Of a stretch of 64,000 nt of DNA, positions 58,459 to 64,000 are shown piece by piece. Made by a program: the position numbers and the translations under genes. The notes beneath the pieces are model-generated. The model did not search any database, was not told where the DNA came from, and was given only the letters and a program-made list of their open reading frames with translations. Source of the stretch: an uncultured Candidatus Rokubacteria bacterium (GTDB lineage Bacteria > Methylomirabilota > Methylomirabilia > Rokubacteriales > DASRDR01); assembly GCA_963826115.1 (NCBI GenBank), contig CAWGVS010000012.1, positions 736,001-800,000 on the forward strand, read 5' to 3'. Each line of letters begins with the position of its first letter. Position 1 is the first letter of the stretch.

Positions 58459-58781
58459 CGCCATGGCCGCCCGCTCAAGGCTGAAACACGGCGCGAGGCC
58501 TGATGGATAGCTCCTCGTGCGCTTCTTGCGCTCGTTTCGTGCCGATCCTAGGCCGCATGGGCAATGCCGCGAACCGGGACGGTCAGCGCCCGGGCCGCCA
58601 CCGGGCGTGTTGGGGGAACCGAAGGCCGGTAGTGCTGCGCCGGTCCACCACGCACGGAGGGGTTACGGTGGCGCGACGCCGCCCTTCCGGTTGCGGCGGG
58701 GTTGCGGGGCCTGCCACCCCTTCCTACGGTTTGCCGAGGGGCGCGTCTTAGCCTGCGTGGACTTCAAAGCTGGGGGTGGGC

Positions 58782-58869
58782 CTGGCAGTCTCGGGTCAGG
58801 GGTTCGATCCCCCTCAGCTCCACCATTCGAATCCGCGGGGTTGGGCACCGGTCCCACCCCGCGGATTCT
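58782..58869 (+). repeat. att direct repeat, right copy (tRNA-Ala 3' half plus terminator)
   Basis: Matches 56262-56350 except one missing G (TCGGGTCAG vs TCGGGGTCAG). Confidence 0.92.
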
Positions 58870-58913
58870 GCGTTTCGAGGGCCGCCCGCCCCGGTCCGCG
58901 GGCGGGGTGGCGC

Positions 58914-60143
58914 CTACGCGCGGCCCCGCACGAGGGCGAGCAGCCGGTCGAGCACGCGCTCCCCGTCGGCGCGGAGGCCGTTGTGCTCGTACTCGTCCGT
59001 GATCCACGGACGGAGTCCCCGGATGAGGCGCGCGGTTTCCATGGCGTACTCACGCTCCACGTACACGTCGTTGACGTAGATCGTCGCCGCGACGGGGACC
59101 TCGTTGGCGCGGAGCCGATCCGCGTCGTAGAGCCGGGGCCACGGGTGCTCGGCGAGGAGCTCGGCCGCGGCCCGGTGCGGCCGGAGCCGCCCGTACTCCT
59201 CCCACATCCACGGGAAGACCTGCTCGGCGGTGAAGAATCCCTCCGCGTCCACCTCGGCGGGCAGCGTGCGGGCCGACGACCAGCGGGTCGGGAAGCCGTC
59301 GGCGTAGCTCGACTCGTGGAGCGTGGCGTAGATGGGGTTCCGGCCCCAGCGCACGCCGGCCTCGGCGTCGTAGAGGAACGCCGGCGAGCCGAAGGGGAGC
59401 TCGATCACGTGGTGGAGGAGCTCCCAGCCCGCGCTGTCGCCGAGCCACATCCCCAGCTGGCGGAACCGGCGCGGCGTGAGCCGCTCGCCCGACGGGAGGC
59501 GCACGTCTTCCGCCGCGAGCCGCGCCAGGATCTCGCGGACGCGGGCGCGGTCGCCCGGATAGCGCGCGAAGTACGCGTGGTTCTTCTCGACGAGCCGGCC
59601 CGCCGTCGCGCCGTACACGTCGTCGGGCGGGCGCCCCACCGGCGAGAGCCCTCCCGTGATGAGCGCCTCGGCGAGCCCCTCGGGCGCGATCGAGAGGTAG
59701 GTCATCGTGGTGAAGCCGCCGAAGCTCTGGCCGAGGACGCTCCAGCGCGGGACGCCGAGCTCCCGCCGGATGTGCTCCGCGTCGCGGACGATGGCGTCGG
59801 CCCGGAAGTGCGTGAGGTACCGGGCCTGCTCCTCCGCGGTCCGGCCGGGAAGCTCGGGCCCGACCGGCGTGGAGCGCCCCGTGCCGCGCTGGTCGAGGAG
59901 CAGGACCCGGTAGTCCTGGAGGGCCCGCTTCATCCAGCCGGACGGCGGGCTCGTCGGGCGCGTGGCCTCGATGCCCGGGCCGCCCTGGAGGAAGACGAGG
60001 TACGGCCGGGCGGCGCCGTCCGGCGCGGCGACCTCGCGCGTGAACACGGTGATCCGCGGCCCGTCCGGGCGGGCGTGGTCGAGCGGGATCGCGTGCTCGC
60101 GCTCCGTCAGGAGGGCGCCAGGGACGCGGTAGGTGACGCTCAT
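58914..60143 (-). CDS. Proline iminopeptidase-like alpha/beta hydrolase
   Basis: FLQGGPG, DQRGTGRS, GQSFGG, YEHNGLR. Confidence 0.92.
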   Translation of the reverse strand: MSVTYRVPGALLTEREHAIPLDHARPDGPRITVFTREVAAPDGAARPYLVFLQGGPGIEATRPTSPPSGWMKRALQDYRVLLLDQRGTGRSTPVGPELPGRTAEEQARYLTHFRADAIVRDAEHIRRELGVPRWSVLGQSFGGFTTMTYLSIAPEGLAEALITGGLSPVGRPPDDVYGATAGRLVEKNHAYFARYPGDRARVREILARLAAEDVRLPSGERLTPRRFRQLGMWLGDSAGWELLHHVIELPFGSPAFLYDAEAGVRWGRNPIYATLHESSYADGFPTRWSSARTLPAEVDAEGFFTAEQVFPWMWEEYGRLRPHRAAAELLAEHPWPRLYDADRLRANEVPVAATIYVNDVYVEREYAMETARLIRGLRPWITDEYEHNGLRADGERVLDRLLALVRGRA

Positions 60144-60409
60144 CGGGTCGACTCCTCGCGTGAGTGCGGTGTGACGATGGAAGCCGGGCCGGCACGTCGG
60201 CCGGCCCGCGCCCCGGCGGCGCGGTCTCGGACGATCTCCTCGCTCATCGGCCCAGCTTAGCCGATCGGTGACGCCGCGCCGCGGCCGGCGCCCATTGACG
60301 GCGGCGGGCGGCGATGGTCTGCTCCCTGCCGGGCCGGCCGGCGGCGGCCCGGGCGCGGGCGCTCATCTCGGCGGCCCACGCCCGACCCCTCGCGCGAGGA
60401 GAGATCGGC

Positions 60410-60847
60410 ATGACCCGCACCCTCGGCTGGCTCCTCATCGGCGGCGGCGTGTTCGCCGTGCTCTTTCCCCTCGTCTCGTGGATGCGCGCGCGCGCGAGCC
60501 GCAGCTGGCCCGGCGTCAGCGGGCGTATCATCGAGTCCACCCTGGACGTGGAGCCCCGGGCCGGCAAGAGCGACAGCTACATGCCGCGCATCCGGTACGA
60601 GTACGCGGTGAAGGGTGAGACCTACGAGAGCAGCCAGCTGAACTTCTGGGGCTCGATGGGAGGCAGCCGGGCGGTTGCCGAGCGGACGACGGCGCGCTAC
60701 CCCGCGGGCGCCACGGTGACCGTCTACTACAACCCCGAGAGCCCGTCCGAGGCCGTCCTCGATCGGGCCTTCTCGCCCCTCGTCCTGGTCCTGCCTCCGA
60801 TCGGCGTCGTGCTGGCCGGGTTCGGTTACACCCTGCTCCAGCGATAA
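60410..60847 (+). CDS. DUF3592-like membrane protein
   Basis: TM, SRSWP..SG.I..S, YEYAV.G, G..VTVYYNPESPSEAVL, TM. Confidence 0.85.
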   Translation: MTRTLGWLLIGGGVFAVLFPLVSWMRARASRSWPGVSGRIIESTLDVEPRAGKSDSYMPRIRYEYAVKGETYESSQLNFWGSMGGSRAVAERTTARYPAGATVTVYYNPESPSEAVLDRAFSPLVLVLPPIGVVLAGFGYTLLQR

Positions 60848-60923
60848 CGTCGGCCCCGCCGGGGTGGGGCCGCGCGCCGCCGTTCGGTCCCCAGCCGGAG
60901 CCCGCCCTCGCGCCCCGGCGCGC

Positions 60924-60952
60924 TTGACCCCCTCCGGCCCTTTCGCTAGGCT
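60924..60952 (+). promoter_or_regulatory. sigma70-type promoter of the PqqD-kinase-GT operon
   Basis: TTGACC-17-TAGGCT, ending 44 nt before ATG 60997. Confidence 0.65.
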
Positions 60953-60996
60953 CGGGCCGGTTCGACGAGCGCGCGCGTCGCCCACGGGAGCCGCCC

Positions 60997-61437
60997 ATGC
61001 CGCGATACACGATCAAGAGCCCGCAGGTCATTCACGAGACCGTCGACGCCGAGGCCGTGATCGTGAACCTCGAGACCGGCAACTACTACATGCTGAAGGA
61101 GACCGGCGAGCGCATCTGGGCGGCCCTCGCGCGCGGCGCGTCGGTCCGCAACATCGTCGACGAGCTGGGCGGGGCCGCGGACGGCACCGACGGTGTGCTG
61201 GAGGCCACGGTATCGGCCTTCCTCGGCGAGCTCCTCGAAGAGGGGCTGATCGTACCCGCGCCCGAGGCGGCGGACGCGCCGCGCGCCGCGGGCGCGCCAG
61301 CGGGGGCGGGCCGGGGCACCCCGGTTCCGCCGCCCGTCCTCCAGAAGTTCCAGGACATGAAGGAGCTCATCCTCCTGGACCCCGTGCACGAGGTCCACGA
61401 GGACCTCGGCTGGCCTCATCCGAGGCCCGCGGGCTGA
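60997..61437 (+). CDS. PqqD/RRE-domain protein with a C-terminal peptide extension
   Basis: VIHETVDAEAVIVNLETGNYYML..TG.RIW..L...FLGELLEEGLI; A/G/P linker; tail PPVLQKFQDMKELILLDPVHEVHEDLGWPH. Confidence 0.85.
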   Translation: MPRYTIKSPQVIHETVDAEAVIVNLETGNYYMLKETGERIWAALARGASVRNIVDELGGAADGTDGVLEATVSAFLGELLEEGLIVPAPEAADAPRAAGAPAGAGRGTPVPPPVLQKFQDMKELILLDPVHEVHEDLGWPHPRPAG

Positions 61438-61441
61438 CCGC

Positions 61442-62512
61442 GTGAGCGCGGCGCCCCCCCTGGCCGGCGCCGCCGCGCGCGCGTGCGCGGTCGAGATGGA
61501 GGCGGCCTTCGAGGCCGCCGCGATCGCGGCGGGCGGGGTGGTCCTGCGCCACTACCTGATCGCCGGCCTGTCGGTGACGCTCCGCTTCGCGGGGCCCGCG
61601 CTGGTCGACCGGCTCACGGCGGCGCTCGAGCATCACCCGCGCGGGCGGCCCGGCGCGCCCGGGCTCACGGTCTCGCTCTGGGACACGGCGTCCACCGGCG
61701 TGCCGCCGCCGCGATTTCCCGCCGACGCCATCGACGGCGGGACGAGCGCCGCCGCGCGGTCGGGGGCGGCGCCCACCGTGCGGCTCAAGTACCGGGCGGA
61801 GCAGCGGAGCCTCTCCGTCCTCGACCGGGCCACCGACCGCGCGGTCTTCGGCGCCGCCGCCGCCGCCGGCCTCCCCTACTGGGAGACCGGCACGCCGCTG
61901 CGCGTGATCCTCCACTGGTGGATGGCCGACCACGGCCGGCAGCTCGTGCACGCGGCGGCGGTCGGCACCGCGGACCGGGGGCTCCTGCTGGTGGGCCGGG
62001 CCGGGTCGGGCAAGTCGTCCACCGCGCTCGCCTGTCTCGGCTCCCGGCTCCGCTACGCGGGCGACGACTACTGTCTCGTGAGCGTCGATCCCGACCCGCG
62101 CGCGCACAGCCTCTACGGCTCGGCCAAGCTTCACGCGGACCAGGCGCGGCGGTTCCCGGGGCTCGCGCCGGCGCTCGTCAACGCCGACCGGCTCGAGACG
62201 GAGAAGGCCCTCTACATGGTGCGTCGAGCCTTTCCGGACCACCTCCAGCCGAGCGTCCGGGTGAGCGCCCTCGTGTTGCCCGTCCTCGCCGCGGACGGCC
62301 GCACATGGCTCGAGCCCGCGTCGGCCGGCGCGGCCCTCCTGGCCGTCGCGCCGAGCACGATCCTCCAGCTTCCCGGCGCCGGGCGCGCGGCGTTCGACAC
62401 GATGTCGGGGCTCGTGCGGCAGGTGCCGTGCTACCGCCTCCATCTCGGCGGCGACCTCGCGGTCCTGCCGCGGCTGCTAGAGGGCGTCCTGGCCGAGCCG
62501 GACGCCGCCTGA
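61442..62512 (+). CDS. HPr-kinase-like P-loop kinase
   Basis: LVHAAAVG, GRAGSGKSS Walker A, YAGDDY. Confidence 0.85.
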   Translation: MSAAPPLAGAAARACAVEMEAAFEAAAIAAGGVVLRHYLIAGLSVTLRFAGPALVDRLTAALEHHPRGRPGAPGLTVSLWDTASTGVPPPRFPADAIDGGTSAAARSGAAPTVRLKYRAEQRSLSVLDRATDRAVFGAAAAAGLPYWETGTPLRVILHWWMADHGRQLVHAAAVGTADRGLLLVGRAGSGKSSTALACLGSRLRYAGDDYCLVSVDPDPRAHSLYGSAKLHADQARRFPGLAPALVNADRLETEKALYMVRRAFPDHLQPSVRVSALVLPVLAADGRTWLEPASAGAALLAVAPSTILQLPGAGRAAFDTMSGLVRQVPCYRLHLGGDLAVLPRLLEGVLAEPDAA

Positions 62513-62515
62513 CCG

Positions 62516-63943
62516 ATGCCCCCCGCGCGGGTCAGCGTGATCATCCCCGTCTTCAACGCCGCGCGTTTCCTCGTCGAGGCGCTCGACAGCATCTGGGTCC
62601 AGCGCTACCCGGCGCTGGAGGTCCTCGTCGTCGACGACGGATCCACCGACGGGAGCGCCGCCCTCGTCTCGGCGCACCTCGCGCGGCAGCCCGCGCTGCG
62701 CTTCCTCAGGCTTCCCGGGAACGCCGGGCCCGCCGCGGCCCGCAACGTGGGGCTCGCGATGGCCCGGGGCGACCTCCTCACCTTTCTCGACGCCGACGAC
62801 CGGATGGCGCCGGAGCGGCTCGCGTTCCAGGCGGCCTACCTCGGGGCGCACGGCGACGTCGACGTGGTCGTGGGAACCGAGGCGATCGAGCTTGCGCCGG
62901 GCGTCCGGCCGCCCGTGTGGCTCGGGCTCCGCCGCGGGGCGCGGCCCCGCTACTACCAGATGTCGATGATGGCGCGCCGCGCCGCCTTCGAGCGGGTCGG
63001 GCCGTTCGACGAGTCGTTCCGCATGGGCTCGGACCACGAGTGGATGTGCCGGGCGGCGACCGCCGGCGTCCGGACGGCGCTCGTCGACCGCGTCCTCCTG
63101 GTGCGCCGGCTCCACGGCGGGAACCTCACGTACCGGATCGACGAGATGCGCCAGGCGATGGAGCGCGTGCTCCTGAAGTCGGCGCGCGACCGGATCCGGG
63201 GACGCGCGTCCCACGGGAGCCGGGCGGTTGTCTCGGTCGTCGTGCCGTTCCACGCCGCGGCCCGCTATCTCGGCGAGGCCGTGGCGAGCGTTCTCGCGCA
63301 GACCTACCGGCGCTGGGAGATCCTGCTCGTGGACGACGCGTCGGCCGACGGCAGCGCGGCCGTCGCGGCGGGGCTTGCCCGGACACACCCGGAAGTCCGT
63401 CTCCTGCGCCTTCCGGAGAACCGGGGCCCTGCGGCCGCCCGCAACCATGGCCTCGCGGCCGCGCGGGGCGAGCTGATCACCTTCCTCGACGCGGACGACG
63501 CGATGCTGCCCGACCGCCTGGCCACGCAGGTCGGGTATCTTGCGGCGCACGCGGACACGGACCTCGTCCTGGGCGCCGAGGAGCTGACGGTCGAGCCGGA
63601 CGCCCCGGCGGCGACCCGGCCCCGTCAGGCGGCCCGCGGGCCGGGCCCGCGGTATCACGTCATGTCGATGATGGTGCGGCGCGACGCGCTCCGGCGGGTG
63701 GGCGGGTTCGACCCGTCCTACCGCGTGGCGGAGGACCTCGACTGGCTGTTTCGCGCCGCGGCGGCCGGTCTCGTCGTCGGGATGCTCGACCGCGTCCTGA
63801 CGCGTCACCGGTGGCACCAGGCCAACCTCTCGTACCGGATTCCGGAGATCGAGGCGGGGATCCTCCGGTCCCTGCGGCAACGGCTCCGCGAGCGGCAGGC
63901 GGATGGGCTCCCCGCTGGTCAGCGTCGTCATCCCGTTCGCTAA
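62516..63943 (+). CDS. Tandem double-domain GT2 glycosyltransferase
   Basis: Two repeats of VSV(I/V)(I/V)P, VDD.S.D, GPAAARN, FLDADD, (SD/ED)xxW. Confidence 0.92.
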   Translation: MPPARVSVIIPVFNAARFLVEALDSIWVQRYPALEVLVVDDGSTDGSAALVSAHLARQPALRFLRLPGNAGPAAARNVGLAMARGDLLTFLDADDRMAPERLAFQAAYLGAHGDVDVVVGTEAIELAPGVRPPVWLGLRRGARPRYYQMSMMARRAAFERVGPFDESFRMGSDHEWMCRAATAGVRTALVDRVLLVRRLHGGNLTYRIDEMRQAMERVLLKSARDRIRGRASHGSRAVVSVVVPFHAAARYLGEAVASVLAQTYRRWEILLVDDASADGSAAVAAGLARTHPEVRLLRLPENRGPAAARNHGLAAARGELITFLDADDAMLPDRLATQVGYLAAHADTDLVLGAEELTVEPDAPAATRPRQAARGPGPRYHVMSMMVRRDALRRVGGFDPSYRVAEDLDWLFRAAAAGLVVGMLDRVLTRHRWHQANLSYRIPEIEAGILRSLRQRLRERQADGLPAGQRRHPVR

Positions 63944-64000
63944 CCACGAGCGGCACCTGGACGCCGCCGCGCGCGGCGTCCTCGGGCAGACGTACGCGCC
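63903..64000 (+). CDS. GT2 glycosyltransferase, N-terminus (runs off window)
   Basis: MGSPLVSVVIPFANHERHLDAAARGVLGQTY; overlaps the preceding ORF by 41 nt. Confidence 0.75.
   Translation, partial: MGSPLVSVVIPFANHERHLDAAARGVLGQTYA

Larger units (their letters stand above)
56262..58869. mobile_element. Decayed integrative island in tRNA-Ala (about 2.5 kb)
   Basis: Bounded by an 89/88-bp direct repeat; contains an integrase remnant and cargo genes. Confidence 0.88.

Noticed and set aside
58782-58826. A second tRNA-Ala gene
   Set aside because: Lacks the 5' acceptor strand and D arm; it is the att duplicate.
1-64000. Long Arg/Pro/Gly-rich antisense or off-frame ORFs (e.g. 8039-10723, 28974-31256, 43030-45348)
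   Set aside because: Shadows of real genes in stop-poor GC-rich DNA; no recognisable motifs.
1-64000. CRISPR array, cas genes, rRNA, intact IS or prophage
   Set aside because: No repeat-spacer pattern or marker genes seen by eye.

Overview
Very GC-rich bacterial DNA; gene style suggests Candidatus Rokubacteria/Methylomirabilota (inference, not tested). 1-43 kb is mostly core genome: dnaX(3')-ybaB-recR, a D-aminoacylase/acyl-CoA dehydrogenase/SDR/MaoC operon, glcDEF-moaB-htrA, a GT4/Wzx/WcaJ/RmlA glycan cluster, HD hydrolase, gcdH, trmI, NCS2 permease, ppiD, an RND pair, greA, an orphan DGQHR protein, tpx, an acyltransferase and an MFS transporter. About 43.1-58.9 kb is a mosaic accessory zone: an RND system with a frameshifted outer-membrane factor, cytochrome P460, OmpA, gene remnants, divergent tRNA-Leu/tRNA-Ala and a 2.5-kb att-bounded island carrying a persulfide dioxygenase-rhodanese-DUF2892 fusion plus ArsR. 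Three signals are not evident from the ORF track. (1) tRNA-Asn(GUU) is split inside the anticodon (35/36) by a 261-nt ORF-less group I intron. (2) A rhodanese-MoeB gene has an in-frame UGA at the conserved Cys position followed by a SECIS-like hairpin (probable selenoprotein). (3) At the right edge, an operon begins with a PqqD/RRE protein fused to a leader-like/core-like tail, then an HPr-kinase-like enzyme and tandem GT2 glycosyltransferases: a candidate uncharacterised RiPP-like or glyco-modification system. Several one-base frame slips in short G/C runs may be assembly errors.
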